A stretch of 64,000 bases of DNA from assembly GCA_963776115.1 (NCBI GenBank), contig CAVZLS010000023.1, positions 193,093-257,092 of the forward strand, read 5' to 3'. The position numbers were made by a program, and so were the translations under genes. Positions 41,010 through 51,538 of this stretch are shown in pieces; the stretch's first letter is position 1; each line of letters starts with the position of its first letter. The notes under the pieces were generated by a model, which was given only the letters and a program-made list of their open reading frames with translations, was not told the origin of the DNA and did not search any database. The stretch comes from an uncultured Alphaproteobacteria bacterium. GTDB lineage: Bacteria; Pseudomonadota; Alphaproteobacteria; Rhizobiales; Rhizobiaceae.

Positions 41010-43583
41010 GATCTTTATCCAGAGCCTATCATCGCGAACACGAAATCCAATAAGGCCGGCTTGCGCCTGGTCCTTCTCGGCGTGCTGCTGATCGGCGTTT
41101 CCGTCCTTTACTTCATCTATCGCGATCAACTCGGGCAGCAGTTCCTGCTTGGCCTTCTCGGTACGCTTGCCATGACCGGCGTGTTCTATCTGTTCGGCTC
41201 GGCGATCAATGTCATTCAGTTCACGCCGCGCGGCACAAGTGATGAACTCACGCGCGCATTTGTCGATACGTTTCCGGAAGGCACGGTCGTCTGCGATCAA
41301 AAGGGCCGCATCGTCTACGCCAACAGGGCCTATGCCGAGCTGACCGGCGTCACCAATTCCAACGATGTGCGGGCGATCGAGCACATTCTCTCCAGTGAGG
41401 CCGCAGCCTCGGATCCGATCTACCGGCTCGCCAATGCCGTGCGCGACGGCGTTTCCGGTCAGGAGGAATTGCGCCTGTCCCGTCCGCTCGATCCCTCGCG
41501 GGAGCCTGTGCCGACGTGGTACCGGGTCAAGGCTCGGCCTGTCGCGGGCATTCCAGACCAGACGACGCCGGTCTATGCGTGGCAGATCGCCGATATTTCG
41601 GCTGAGCGTGCCGAACAGGAGCGCTATTTCCAGGATATTCAGGAGGCCATCGATCATCTCGATCATGCTCCGGCAGGCTTTTTCTCAGCGGATCCGGACG
41701 GCCGCATCATTTATATCAACGCAACACTGGCGGAGTGGCTCGGCGTCGACCTCACGCGGTTTACCCCCGGCTCGATGATGGTTCGCGATATCGTCGCTGG
41801 CAATGGCATGGCGCTGATCAATGCGGTCAAGACCGAGCCTGGCACCAGCCGCAACACGGTCATCGATCTCGACCTTGCCAAATCCAATGGCCAGAGCCTT
41901 GCCGTGCGCTTCTATCATCGCGTTCAGGCGCAACGCGATGGCAGGCGCGGTCCAACCCGCACCATCGTTCTCAACCGCGCTGAAGGCGAAGACAATTCAG
42001 CCGCGTTGCGCGCGGCAGAAGTGCGGTTCACACGCTTCTTCAATTCGGCGTCCATGGCCATCGCAGCCGTCGACGCGACCGGCAAGATCCTGCGCACCAA
42101 TGCGCGGTTCCTGGGGCTTTTCGCCCCGGTTGTCGATCGTGATGACATCGACCGGCGCATTCCGCTTGAAACCGTCGTGCATGAACGCGACCGCGAAGCC
42201 TTCGACCGGGCGCTGGCTGCAGCTTTCGCCGGCAAGGCGGAAATCTCCCCGGTCGATACCGTTATTCCGGGTAATGAGGACCGCCATCTGCGCTTCTACG
42301 TCAGTCCGGTGTTCGACGCCGGTTCCGAGGATGGCGCTGAGGAAGCCGCCATTGTTTCAGTGGTTGAAACCACTGAACAGAAGGCGCTCGAAGCCACGAT
42401 GGCGCAAAGCCAGAAAATGCAGGCCGTAGGACAGCTTGCAGGCGGTATCGCACATGATTTCAACAACGTGCTGACCGCAATTATCATGTCTTCCGATCTG
42501 CTGTTGACCAATCATCGCGCATCGGATCCGTCCTTTGCCGACATCATGAACATCAAGCAGAATGCCAATCGCGCCGCTTCGCTGGTGCGGCAGCTCCTCG
42601 CGTTCTCGCGCCGCCAGACCTTGCGGCCGGAAGTGCTCAACCTCACCGATGTGATCGCCGATGTGCGCATGCTGCTGACGCGTCTTGCCGGCACGCAGGT
42701 CAATCTCAAGATCGAGCATGGGCGCGATCTGTGGCCGGTGCGCGCCGATCTCGGCCAGTTCGAACAGGTGGTGGTCAATCTCACGGTCAATGCCCGCGAC
42801 GCAATGCCCGACGGCGGCAACCTGACGCTCCGTACCCGCAACGTGACCGAAGCGGAGAGTGCCGAATTGACATATCGCGACCTCGTTCCAGGCGATTATG
42901 TGCTGGTCGAGGTAGAAGACAGCGGTACCGGCATGACGCAGGAAGTGATCGAGAAGATTTTCGAACCGTTCTTCACGACGAAGGAAGTCGGCAAGGGGAC
43001 GGGCCTCGGCCTGTCGATGGTTTATGGTATCATCAAGCAGACGGGCGGCTCGATCCATGCCGAGTCCGAGCTCGGCAAGGGGACGACATTCCGCATTTTC
43101 CTGCCGCGTTTTGTCGAGGAAAAGCAGCCGCAGGTCCTGAACGCCGATGGCGAAGCCATCGTGACCGAAATGCCGAAGAAGGAGAAAAAGACGGAAAAAG
43201 CCACCGATCTCTCCGGTTCCGCAACCGTTCTCCTGGTGGAAGACGAGGATGCCGTCCGCATGGGCGGGGTTCGGGCGCTGCAATCGCGTGGCTACACGGT
43301 GCACGAGGCATCCAGCGGCGTCGAGGCGCTCGAGGTAATGAAAGAACTCGACGGCAAAGTGGACATCATCGTTTCCGACGTGGTCATGCCCGAAATGGAT
43401 GGCCCGACGCTGCTGCGCGAATTGCGCAAGGATTACGGCGATATCAAATTCATCTTCGTTTCGGGCTATGCGGAAGACGCTTTTGCACGAAACCTGCCGG
43501 AAGACGCCAAATTCGGCTTCCTGCCGAAGCCGTTTTCACTGAAGCAGCTGGCGACTGCGGTCAAGGAAACGCTGGAGAATTGA
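40962..43583 (+). CDS. cckA: cell-cycle hybrid histidine kinase CckA
   Basis: Two TM helices, PAS domains, [12 protein letters not shown]-box, GKGTGLGL, receiver with DVVMPEMDG; next to the FliO-domain gene. Confidence 0.93.
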   Translation: MSQETNSRRMSQETNSDLYPEPIIANTKSNKAGLRLVLLGVLLIGVSVLYFIYRDQLGQQFLLGLLGTLAMTGVFYLFGSAINVIQFTPRGTSDELTRAFVDTFPEGTVVCDQKGRIVYANRAYAELTGVTNSNDVRAIEHILSSEAAASDPIYRLANAVRDGVSGQEELRLSRPLDPSREPVPTWYRVKARPVAGIPDQTTPVYAWQIADISAERAEQERYFQDIQEAIDHLDHAPAGFFSADPDGRIIYINATLAEWLGVDLTRFTPGSMMVRDIVAGNGMALINAVKTEPGTSRNTVIDLDLAKSNGQSLAVRFYHRVQAQRDGRRGPTRTIVLNRAEGEDNSAALRAAEVRFTRFFNSASMAIAAVDATGKILRTNARFLGLFAPVVDRDDIDRRIPLETVVHERDREAFDRALAAAFAGKAEISPVDTVIPGNEDRHLRFYVSPVFDAGSEDGAEEAAIVSVVETTEQKALEATMAQSQKMQAVGQLAGGIAHDFNNVLTAIIMSSDLLLTNHRASDPSFADIMNIKQNANRAASLVRQLLAFSRRQTLRPEVLNLTDVIADVRMLLTRLAGTQVNLKIEHGRDLWPVRADLGQFEQVVVNLTVNARDAMPDGGNLTLRTRNVTEAESAELTYRDLVPGDYVLVEVEDSGTGMTQEVIEKIFEPFFTTKEVGKGTGLGLSMVYGIIKQTGGSIHAESELGKGTTFRIFLPRFVEEKQPQVLNADGEAIVTEMPKKEKKTEKATDLSGSATVLLVEDEDAVRMGGVRALQSRGYTVHEASSGVEALEVMKELDGKVDIIVSDVVMPEMDGPTLLRELRKDYGDIKFIFVSGYAEDAFARNLPEDAKFGFLPKPFSLKQLATAVKETLEN

Positions 43584-43593
43584 GGTTCCAAAG

Positions 43594-44010
43594 TCATCGA
43601 AATGGATCAACGATTCTGACGCCTTCAACGATCTGGCCATGCGACAGGTCTTCAGAAAAGAGCTCGCTGCATCCAGCCTCACGCGCCGCCGAAATGATTG
43701 CGCTGTCCCAATAGGAAAAGCCGTAAGCTCGCTTTATCTCAAGCGCACCTTGCAAGATTGGCACAGTATTCTCCTGAACACGGAACCGCAGCCACGTCTT
43801 GATCAGCCCGGCAGCCAATTCGTGCGGGAGGGGATCGGCGCGTGATGCGCGCGTGGCTTGAACATAAAATTCTTGCAGTACCTGCACAGAGACAACGCAA
43901 TCATCACGATCCATAAGCGCAATGGCGCGCATGCGCTTGCTCTCCTCGTCGGCGGCGGTGCTGATGGAATAAAGCAGGATATTGGTATCGAGAAAAGCTC
44001 TCACTCTCAA
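43594..44010 (-). CDS. PIN domain (VapC-like) toxin
   Basis: FLDTNILLY, VLQEF, SYWDSAI, SEDL acidic PIN residues. Confidence 0.9.
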   Translation of the reverse strand: MRVRAFLDTNILLYSISTAADEESKRMRAIALMDRDDCVVSVQVLQEFYVQATRASRADPLPHELAAGLIKTWLRFRVQENTVPILQGALEIKRAYGFSYWDSAIISAAREAGCSELFSEDLSHGQIVEGVRIVDPFR

Positions 44011-44243
44011 AGGCCACGGTCATGAAGCTTGTCGCGGGAGAGGCGATCCCCGGCCCGAAACAACTTGACCGATGCTCGCAATACGGCTTCCTCCCGGCGC
44101 AGCCGCTCCGCCTCGGTTTCGATCGTCGCAATATCCGACAGGAATTGACGAACGAGCGCGGAGACGGATGTGTCCTGCTCTGCTGCTTTCATGCGGGCAC
44201 GGCGGTAGATATCGTCATCCACGGAAACTGTGATATTTTTCAT
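44007..44243 (-). CDS. RHH-type antitoxin
   Basis: MKNITVSVDD...SVSALVRQFL ribbon-helix-helix pattern; directly upstream of and overlapping the toxin. Confidence 0.85.
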   Translation of the reverse strand: MKNITVSVDDDIYRRARMKAAEQDTSVSALVRQFLSDIATIETEAERLRREEAVLRASVKLFRAGDRLSRDKLHDRGL

Positions 44244-44264
44244 AGTTACACAGTATCACAGTTT
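44225..44264. promoter_or_regulatory. inverted repeat straddling the antitoxin start (putative operator)
   Basis: aaactgtgata-N18-tatcacagttt, perfect 11-bp arms. Confidence 0.6.
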
Positions 44265-44324
44265 TGCGGTGAATCCAACACTTACCAAAAAGCCGAGCGG
44301 GACCCACTCCTCAGTGGCGAGGTA

Positions 44325-45296
44325 CTATTCCAGGCCTTCGAACAGCGCGGTGGACAAATACCGCTCGGCGAAGGAAGGGATGATCACAACAAGGTTTTTG
44401 CCCTTGTTCTCCGGGCGGCTGCCGACCTCTATTGCCGCTGTCAGCGCTGCGCCCGATGATATCCCCACAGGCACGCCTTCAAGCCGCGCCACGAGACGCG
44501 CATTGGCGAAGGAATCCTCGTTCGAGACCTGCACGACCTCGTCATAGATGTGCGTATCGAGCACGGCGGGTGCAAAGCCTGCGCCTATGCCCTGGATTTT
44601 GTGCGGGCCGGGATTGCCGCCGGAAAGAATAGGCGAATCCTTGGGCTCCACTGCGATAACCTGCACACTCGGCTTGCGCTGCTTCAACACCTGGCCAACG
44701 CCGGTAATCGTGCCGCCGGTGCCTATGCCTGCAACCAGAATGTCGACCGTGCCGTCAGTATCGTTCCAGATTTCCTCGGCGGTGGTCCGGCGGTGGATTT
44801 CCGGATTGGCGGGGTTGTCGAACTGGCCGGGGATGACCGCGTCTCCAATGGTCTCGACCAGCTCGTTCGCCTTGGCAATGGCACCCTTCATGCCCTTGGC
44901 GCCTTCGGTCAGCACCAGCTCCGCGCCGAGCAGTTTAAGCATCTTGCGGCGTTCGACCGACATGGTTTCGGGCATGGTGAGGATCAACCGGTAACCCTTG
45001 GCGGCGGCTGCGAACGCGAGCGCGATGCCGGTATTGCCGGAGGTTGGTTCGACGAGCGTCGTCTTGCCCGGTTTCGCCTTGCCCTGTGCTTCGAGCGCCT
45101 CGATCAGCGCGACACCGATACGGTCCTTGACGCTGGCGATAGGATTGAAGAATTCGAGCTTGGCCAGAAGATTGGCACCCACACCCTTTTCCTTGGCCAG
45201 TTTGTCGAGACGGATCAGGGGCGTATCGCCGATCGTATCGACAATGGAATTGTAGATGCGGCCACGGCCTGGCTTGCGCGCGCTGTCATTGCTCAT
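44325..45296 (-). CDS. cysK: cysteine synthase A
   Basis: SVKDRI PLP lysine, [30 protein letters not shown]. Confidence 0.96.
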   Translation of the reverse strand: MSNDSARKPGRGRIYNSIVDTIGDTPLIRLDKLAKEKGVGANLLAKLEFFNPIASVKDRIGVALIEALEAQGKAKPGKTTLVEPTSGNTGIALAFAAAAKGYRLILTMPETMSVERRKMLKLLGAELVLTEGAKGMKGAIAKANELVETIGDAVIPGQFDNPANPEIHRRTTAEEIWNDTDGTVDILVAGIGTGGTITGVGQVLKQRKPSVQVIAVEPKDSPILSGGNPGPHKIQGIGAGFAPAVLDTHIYDEVVQVSNEDSFANARLVARLEGVPVGISSGAALTAAIEVGSRPENKGKNLVVIIPSFAERYLSTALFEGLE

Positions 45297-45437
45297 GAAT
45301 GTCTCCTGATCCTGTTTTGGGTCGTGCGGCGATCTTATGGGCCTTGCCTGAAAATTCCTAGTTGGACCGATGCGTAAACACGGTGCCGCTTAGAAGAAAA
45401 TACTAATATTTGGCTACAGCTGTAATAGCATTCCAAC

Positions 45438-46058
45438 TCAGGAAGAGCGCCCCGCAATGGCGAGCGCAGCGCCCGCCATAAAGGCAGCCGCCGTGCGGTT
45501 CAGTCGCTTCAGCGCCCGGGGCGAGGCGAGCAGTCCTCGCGCCTTCGCTGCCAGCGCGAGATAGGGCACCAGCACCACGAGCAGAACCAAAACAGTCAGC
45601 GCAGCGAGGATCGAATAGTCGGCCAGGGTGATCGTATGCAGGTCGACGAGTGTCGGTGTCAGGGCGATATAGAAAAGCATGGTCTTCGGATTACCAAGCG
45701 TCACCGTCAAGCCGGCCATAACGCTGGAGACAGCACCGCCGCGACTTTTCTTGGCTTCGATCTTTTCCGCCGATATGCCCGATGTCCAGAATCCCCAGGC
45801 AAGGTAGGCGAGGTAGGCGACGCCCGCCCATTTGATCACCAGGAAAACCGTGCCGAATGTCTGCGCCACCATGGCAAGGCCAAGCACCACCGCGGTGAGA
45901 TAGGTGAGGTCGCCGATGATCAACCCGAGCGACATGAACAGCGATGAGCGAAATCCCGAGCCGAGCGCCCGGGCAACAAGGGCAGTCACACCCGGTCCGG
46001 GGATAGCGGCGGCGATGGCAAGGGCACCAGAATAGGCAACAAAACCGGCAAGCGTCAT
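45438..46058 (-). CDS. LysE/RhtB family translocator
   Basis: IPGPG, KWAGVAYLAYL, GNPKT; six hydrophobic helices. Confidence 0.9.
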   Translation of the reverse strand: MTLAGFVAYSGALAIAAAIPGPGVTALVARALGSGFRSSLFMSLGLIIGDLTYLTAVVLGLAMVAQTFGTVFLVIKWAGVAYLAYLAWGFWTSGISAEKIEAKKSRGGAVSSVMAGLTVTLGNPKTMLFYIALTPTLVDLHTITLADYSILAALTVLVLLVVLVPYLALAAKARGLLASPRALKRLNRTAAAFMAGAALAIAGRSS

Positions 46059-46177
46059 GATCGTTCTCTATCAGCGGAGGTTGGCGGAGGCGGAAGATAC
46101 TCCGAGGTCCGGCTTCTGTCCATGGACCGTGAAAAGAACCCGATTACACCTTGAACACAGAGCTTTGAATTCTATAG

Positions 46178-46194
46178 TTTAGAATTGTTCTAAT
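46178..46194 (+). promoter_or_regulatory. iron control element (ICE, Irr box)
   Basis: TTTAGAATTGTTCTAAT, 16/17 match to TTTRGAAYNRTTCYAAA, just upstream of mbfA. Confidence 0.9.
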
Positions 46195-46207
46195 TTAGGA
46201 TCACGCC

Positions 46208-47191
46208 ATGCTCAGCCGTTTTTTCGGTCATCGCCGCCACGCCCTTGAATCCCTTTCCGAACAGCAGTTGCTGGCTCTGGCCATTTCGTCGGAAGAGGAC
46301 GACGCGCGCATCTATCTCGCCTATGCGGATGGGCTGCGCGAGGATTTTCCGCAAAGCGCCAAGGTTTTCGACGAAATGGCAGAGGAGGAAAATCGCCATC
46401 GCCAGGCATTGATCGATCTGCACCAGGAGCGTTTCGGCAACCAGATACCACTCATCCGCAGGGAGCATGTGCGCGGCTATCTCGAGCGCAAGCCCGACTG
46501 GCTGGTTCGCCCGCTCGGTATAGAGAAGGTGCGGGAAATGGCCGAGAAGATGGAGGAACAGGCCTACCGCTTCTATACCGAGGCGCTGAAACTTGTGCGG
46601 GATGCCTCTACGCGCAAGCTCCTGGGCGACCTCGCCATCGCCGAGAAGGCGCATGAATCGCTCGCCCACCGGCTCGGCGTGCAGCACACGCCCGACGATG
46701 TGCAGGAGGTCGAGAAACAGACCGAACGGCGACAGCTGATCCTGACCTATATCCAGCCAGGTCTTGCCGGCCTGATGGATGGTTCCGTCTCGACCCTCGC
46801 GCCGATTTTTGCTGCCGCCTTCGCCACACAGGACACGTGGCAGACGTTTCTTGTCGGCCTGTCTGCTTCGCTCGGCGCCGGTATTTCCATGGGCTTCACG
46901 GAAGCTGCGCATGACGACGGAAAATTGTCCGGGCGTGGCTCACCCTTGAAGCGCGGCCTCGCCAATGGCCTGATGACGGCGATCGGTGGCCTTGGCCACG
47001 CGTTGCCCTATCTCATCTCGGATTTCTGGACGGCCACGACAATCGCCGCGATTGTCGTTTTCATCGAACTCTGGGCCATCGCCTATATCCAGCACCGCTT
47101 CATGGAGACGCCATTCTTCCGCGCCGCGATCCAGGTTGTTCTCGGCGGCGGGCTCGTACTGGCAACAGGCATATTGATCGGTAACGCGTGA
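46208..47191 (+). CDS. mbfA: iron exporter MbfA (rubrerythrin-like + VIT1/CCC1 domain)
   Basis: LALAISSEE, EENRH, EKAH diiron motifs; QPGLAGLMDGSVSTLAP. Confidence 0.95.
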   Translation: MLSRFFGHRRHALESLSEQQLLALAISSEEDDARIYLAYADGLREDFPQSAKVFDEMAEEENRHRQALIDLHQERFGNQIPLIRREHVRGYLERKPDWLVRPLGIEKVREMAEKMEEQAYRFYTEALKLVRDASTRKLLGDLAIAEKAHESLAHRLGVQHTPDDVQEVEKQTERRQLILTYIQPGLAGLMDGSVSTLAPIFAAAFATQDTWQTFLVGLSASLGAGISMGFTEAAHDDGKLSGRGSPLKRGLANGLMTAIGGLGHALPYLISDFWTATTIAAIVVFIELWAIAYIQHRFMETPFFRAAIQVVLGGGLVLATGILIGNA

Positions 47192-47442
47192 TTCGCAGTT
47201 CTCATAGAAAATCCACGCGATTCACACGACATTTCGGGCGCATCATTTAAGGAAAAAAGGCGAATTTTCGCCCTTTCCCTGTTGCGAAAAGATCTTTTTG
47301 CCCAACTGGTTAAGGCTAATTTTCTATGAATTCATCTGATTTTAACCAACGCCGTTCAGGAGGCGTTCATCTTTATGCATTAAATTTTAGCTAATTGATC
47401 GCTATCGGCCTCGTCCGGTATGCCAAAACCAAGAGACCAAAA

Positions 47443-47583
47443 ATGATGACCATGATTATCCAGCTACGCGATACGCTACGCGTCGTGCGAGAATTCATTG
47501 CTCCGAGTTACCGGCCCGAGCGCCACTATATGCGTGGCCCCGGACCGGCTTGTGCCCAGCGCAACCACGGGGTTCAGGCGTGA
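47443..47583 (+). CDS. small hypothetical protein (YRPExHYMRGPGP motif)
   Basis: 46-aa ORF carrying a motif I recognise from rhizobial small hypothetical proteins. Confidence 0.65.
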   Translation: MMTMIIQLRDTLRVVREFIAPSYRPERHYMRGPGPACAQRNHGVQA

Positions 47584-47921
47584 TGGTACATTCGCGCATC
47601 AAGCGGAGCTTCATCACGGGCACGCAACCCGTAATCACGTATAACGGACGCAATCCGCAGCCTGTAGTCGGCAAAGATCCCGGCGCGGCCGTCACGTTGA
47701 GCCAGGCGATGTTCCTCGGTCTGGCGCCAAGCCGCCACTGACGCTTCATCGCGCCAGAACGACAGGGAGAGATAGCGGTTCTCATTGGCAAGGCTGCGAA
47801 ACCGCTCCACGGAAATAAAGCCGTCCATCGTCTCCAGCAGCGGCTTCAGGTCCGCTGCCCTGTCGAAATAATCCTTGCCGCGGCCTTCCGCCGGCTCCAC
47901 CTCGAAAATCACCGCAATCAC
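47574..47921 (-). CDS. antibiotic biosynthesis monooxygenase (ABM) family protein
   Basis: IAVIFEV, DGFISVERF, LSLSFWRDE, EHRLAQ. Confidence 0.9.
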   Translation of the reverse strand: MIAVIFEVEPAEGRGKDYFDRAADLKPLLETMDGFISVERFRSLANENRYLSLSFWRDEASVAAWRQTEEHRLAQRDGRAGIFADYRLRIASVIRDYGLRARDEAPLDARMYHHA

Positions 47922-48247
47922 TTGAGCATTCCTCCATTCGTTCCTGTCACAAGGCGCAGGAATGTACGGTCCTCGCGCCGGATAAAGCGCTTATCCCTGG
48001 AAAATTCGTAGTTGGCCCGGCCCAGCGGATCGGCCATAAGCCGCGCGCGATAGGCTTCGTACGCGGCCAGGTTCTCGATGTTGTAGACGCCGTAGGCCAG
48101 CGTGGCCGAGCCCTCATGCGGCGCATAATAGCCGATGAGATCTGCGCCGCAACGCGGTATCGCCTCGTTCCAGTTGCGCGCATATTCCTCGAAAGCGTCC
48201 TTCTGATAGGGATCGATTTCATATTTGATGAAACAGGTGATGGTCAT
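47918..48247 (-). CDS. NIPSNAP family protein
   Basis: ITCFIKYEIDP, GYYAPHEG, LAAYEAYR; GTGA overlap with the ABM gene. Confidence 0.88.
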   Translation of the reverse strand: MTITCFIKYEIDPYQKDAFEEYARNWNEAIPRCGADLIGYYAPHEGSATLAYGVYNIENLAAYEAYRARLMADPLGRANYEFSRDKRFIRREDRTFLRLVTGTNGGMLK

Positions 48248-48301
48248 TTCGGGCACTCCTTCGTTGGCGCTGACCATCGATATAGCCGCCAATGAGCGCT
48301 T

Positions 48302-48327
48302 GATACTTCGATCGTTTTCGAAGCATC
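48302..48327. promoter_or_regulatory. putative ArsR-family operator
   Basis: gatacttcga-N6-tcgaagcatc inverted repeat between divergent genes. Confidence 0.6.
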
Positions 48328-48378
48328 ATCGTCTGTGTTGGGATCAGTCTTGATTGGCCAACAAACACGGAAACGATC

Positions 48379-49074
48379 ATGTCGAACAATGCGAGATTTG
48401 CCGAAATAGCTGCGCTTGCGGGTGATCCCGGCCGTGCGAGCATGCTCAATGGGCTCATGGATGGCCGCGCGCTGACCGCATCGGAACTCGCGCAACTCGC
48501 CGGGATCACCGCGCAGACCGCCAGCAGCCATCTGACGCGCATGACCGAGGCCGGGCTTCTCGCTGTGGAAAAGCAGGGCCGGCATCGCTACCACCGGCTG
48601 GCTTCGCCTGCCGTGGCCCAGATGATCGAGAGCATCATGCGGCTCGCCGCGCCGGAAGTCACCGCCAAGCCGCTGCGTACCGGCCCACGCGATGCGGCGC
48701 TCAGGGCAGGGCGCACCTGCTACGATCATCTCGCCGGGCATCTCGGCGTTTCAATCACCGATGCGCTGATCGATGCCGGCCATCTCGATCTTGGCCTCGA
48801 TGCGGGCGAGGTGACGGATAGCGGGCTTGCGCTGTTCGCCCGCGCCGGCATCGATATCGAAGCGTTGACCGCCAAGCGCAGCCGCATCCTGTGCCGGCCA
48901 TGCCTGGACTGGAGCGAGCGCCGCCCGCATCTTGCCGGCGCAATCGGCGCGGCGCTGTGCAGCCACTGCTTCGACAATGGCTGGATCAGGCGGCTGGAAG
49001 GAACCCGCGCGGTGTCGGTGACGCCGAATGGCCAGAGACATCTGCGCGAGACATTCGGTGTCAGCCTTTCCTAA
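48379..49074 (+). CDS. ArsR family transcriptional regulator with Cys-containing C-terminal domain
   Basis: GDPGRASML, TASSHL, QGRHRY; RTCYDHLAG and CRPCLDWSERRPHLAG. Confidence 0.9.
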   Translation: MSNNARFAEIAALAGDPGRASMLNGLMDGRALTASELAQLAGITAQTASSHLTRMTEAGLLAVEKQGRHRYHRLASPAVAQMIESIMRLAAPEVTAKPLRTGPRDAALRAGRTCYDHLAGHLGVSITDALIDAGHLDLGLDAGEVTDSGLALFARAGIDIEALTAKRSRILCRPCLDWSERRPHLAGAIGAALCSHCFDNGWIRRLEGTRAVSVTPNGQRHLRETFGVSLS

Positions 49075-49786
49075 ACATGCCGCGTGACGCCGCCATCGAT
49101 CCGTATGTTCTGGCCGGTGATATAGCCTGCATCGTCTGACAGCAGGAACGCGGTTGTCTTGGCAATTTCCGCCATCGTCCCGAGCCGCTTCATGGGCACC
49201 TTGTCTTCGGTTCCGGGCTTGTGGTCGAGACTGTCGATGTACCCCGGCAGAAGTGCATTCATGCGGATATTGTCGGCGCCATAGCGGTCAGAGTAGAGCT
49301 TGGTATAGGCGCCGACGGCTGCGCGATAGGCGCAGGAGACCGGGAAAGACCAGGCTTGGCTCGAAGGAGGCGAACGTCGTGATATTCACCCAGGCGCCTT
49401 TGCCCTGTTTGAGCATATGGGGCGTCACCAGCCGGGCCATGCGCACCACGCTCAACACCATCAGATCATTGCCGATCGCCCATTTTTCATCCGTGATATC
49501 GAGGAGATCGCCCTTCGGCGGATGGCCGGTATGATTGACAACAGCATCCACACGGCCATAGGCCTCGACGGTCTTTTCAACCAGCGCCTCCAGATCGTTT
49601 GCCTCGCCAGCAGAACCCTTGATCGCCGACACCGCCAAGCTCGGCGGCAAGTTCGACCGCACTGCCGGACGGCGACATCAGTCCGAGACGATAGCCACGC
49701 TCGTGCAATTCGCGCGCGATGGCAGCACCCATGCCGCGTCCTCCACCGGTGATGATTGCAACTGGTGCTTGTGAGGTGTCGGTCAT
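49071..49786 (-). CDS. SDR oxidoreductase; +1 frameshifts near 49628 and 49343
   Basis: TGGGRGMG, GRVDAVVN, RMNALLPG, YITGQNIRIDGG spread over three frames. Confidence 0.85.
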
Positions 49787-49979
49787 GATGCTCGCCTTTC
49801 AAGATTTCGAATGGCGCGGAGCATGTTTGATCGGTAGCTCCAGCGCAAATGAATTCAGGTGACGGCGAGGCTCAAATATTTTGAACGAACTTCGAAAATG
49901 AGTCAAAAGTCGAATTGAAATTGTTGAAATAATTGTGAGAAGTCACGTCTGGCCCAACCAAGCCTCTAAGGATTTCATC

Positions 49980-50111
49980 ATGGATGAACCGGCTACAAAG
50001 TCCGATCTTGCCGCCGCAGTCAGGGCACAGACCTTATCGCTGACTTTGTATTTCGGTGCGATGATGTCTGTTGGTATTGGTCTTGTGGTGTTGGTGTCAG
50101 CAGTGCGTTAG
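49980..50111 (+). CDS. small membrane protein, 43 aa (DUF1640-like C-terminus)
   Basis: MDEPATKSDLAAAVRAQTLSLTLYFGAMMSVGIGLVVLVSAVR*; AAGGA RBS; below the ORF-track cutoff. Confidence 0.55.
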   Translation: MDEPATKSDLAAAVRAQTLSLTLYFGAMMSVGIGLVVLVSAVR

Positions 50112-50188
50112 TCCGAACGAAAACTTATGTGCCATGTTGGAGCGGAGTGAGGGGAGATTAACTCACCCCACTCCATCTCCGCGCCGTA

Positions 50189-51163
50189 TCAATCCATTGT
50201 CACGCCCGTGCTCTTTACGACAGGCTCCCACTTCTGGATTTCTGCTTTGACGTGTGTCGCAAGCTCGTCTGGCGTTGAACCGACAATCGTCGCACTGAAG
50301 TCGTTCATGCGCGAAACAACGGCAGGGTCTTTCAGCGCGGCATTGGCCGCTTCGTTTAGGCGGGCAACAACCTCTGGTGGGGTCCCGGCGGGCGCAAACA
50401 ATGCATTCCAGGTATATGTCTCATAGCCGGGCACGGCCTCCGCGACTGTTGGTACATCGGGGAAGGAAGGAGCTCGATCCTTCGTCGTGACACCGAGGGC
50501 CTTAAGCGATCCGGCCTTTATGTGTGCCGAAGACGACGGCAAATTGTCGAACATGATCGACACCTGATTGCCAAGCAGATCGTTCAAAGCCGGTCCCGCG
50601 CCCTTGTATGGGATATGTTCCATGGAGACCCCGGCCATGCTTTTGAAAAGTTCGCCGGATAAATGCAGCGGAGTGCCGTTTCCGGACGAAGCATAGGAAT
50701 ATTTGTCGGGGTTGTCCTTGAGCAGCTGAACGAGCTCCTTGACGCTGTTAACTGGCAGCTGCGGATTGATAACCAGGACATTGGGTACCAATACCAGGAG
50801 CGAAATCGGCGCAAAATCAGCGACGGGATCGTAGGGTTTCGCTTTCAACATCAGTGGGTTGAGCGCATGGGTTGCAACCGTTCCCATGAGGATGGTGTAA
50901 CCGTCGGGCTCCGCTCTGGCCACCTGGGCAGCTCCGAGGTTTCCGCCGGCACCCCCGACATTCTCGACGATTACTTGCTGTCCGAGTGTCTTTGACATGT
51001 TTGCTGCGACGAGACGGGCAACGAGGTCGGTCGAACCACCAGCCGCAAAAGGCACCACGAGCGTGACCGCGCGATCCGGAAATGTTTGTGCTGAAGCCGG
51101 TAGTGCCGATGCGATCGCCGAACCAATCGCCAAGCCTAAAACAACGCGTCTATTCAATGCCAC
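50189..51163 (-). CDS. Bug/TctC tripartite tricarboxylate transporter substrate-binding protein
   Basis: GTG start after GGGAGG; NRR twin-arginine-like signal; VPFAAGGSTD, ENVGGAGG, PDGYT, HIPYKG. Confidence 0.92.
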   Translation of the reverse strand: MALNRRVVLGLAIGSAIASALPASAQTFPDRAVTLVVPFAAGGSTDLVARLVAANMSKTLGQQVIVENVGGAGGNLGAAQVARAEPDGYTILMGTVATHALNPLMLKAKPYDPVADFAPISLLVLVPNVLVINPQLPVNSVKELVQLLKDNPDKYSYASSGNGTPLHLSGELFKSMAGVSMEHIPYKGAGPALNDLLGNQVSIMFDNLPSSSAHIKAGSLKALGVTTKDRAPSFPDVPTVAEAVPGYETYTWNALFAPAGTPPEVVARLNEAANAALKDPAVVSRMNDFSATIVGSTPDELATHVKAEIQKWEPVVKSTGVTMD

Positions 51164-51291
51164 AGTATACCCTCCCGGTAAGTTCACATGATGTCGAATG
51201 GCCATCTCGAGAAGACATTCTCGATCGGACCATAAACTCAATGAGCTATAGGACGGTATTTCAGAATCCATGTCCAGACCAGGATTTTGCC

Positions 51292-51452
51292 TCAGCGCTC
51301 TTTTTGCAGCAAACCGGCGGCGAGATGCCGGAAAGCCTCGACAGCCTTTGCAAAGACAATGCGAGGATCATCAGCAGCGGCAATCCAAAGCGACGCATTC
51401 AGAGCTTGGCCCGGGTTTCCTCCATCATCTGCGCACGTCGTCTTGCGACCAC
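51292..51452 (-). pseudogene. TetR family regulator with large internal deletion
   Basis: RBS CAGGAG then MVARRRAQMMEETRAKL*, joined out of frame to LNASLWIAAADDPRIVFAKAVEAFRHLAAGLLQKER*; divergent from ridA. Confidence 0.75.
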
Positions 51453-51471
51453 GATCATCTCCTGTGAAATA

Positions 51472-51538
51472 CATACGCTCCGTATGCCAGTTGACATACG
51501 GAGCGTATGCCAATATATGGCTACATACGGGACGTATA
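51472..51538. promoter_or_regulatory. three palindromic operators overlapping a sigma70 promoter
   Basis: CATACG-N3-CGTATG at 51472 and 51495, CATACG-N3-CGTATA at 51524; TTGACA at 51491. Confidence 0.8.

Noticed and set aside
49870-49887. LysR-type box (tcaaatattttga) upstream of the SDR, suggesting a lost regulator
   Set aside because: Short AT-rich palindrome and no LysR remnant visible
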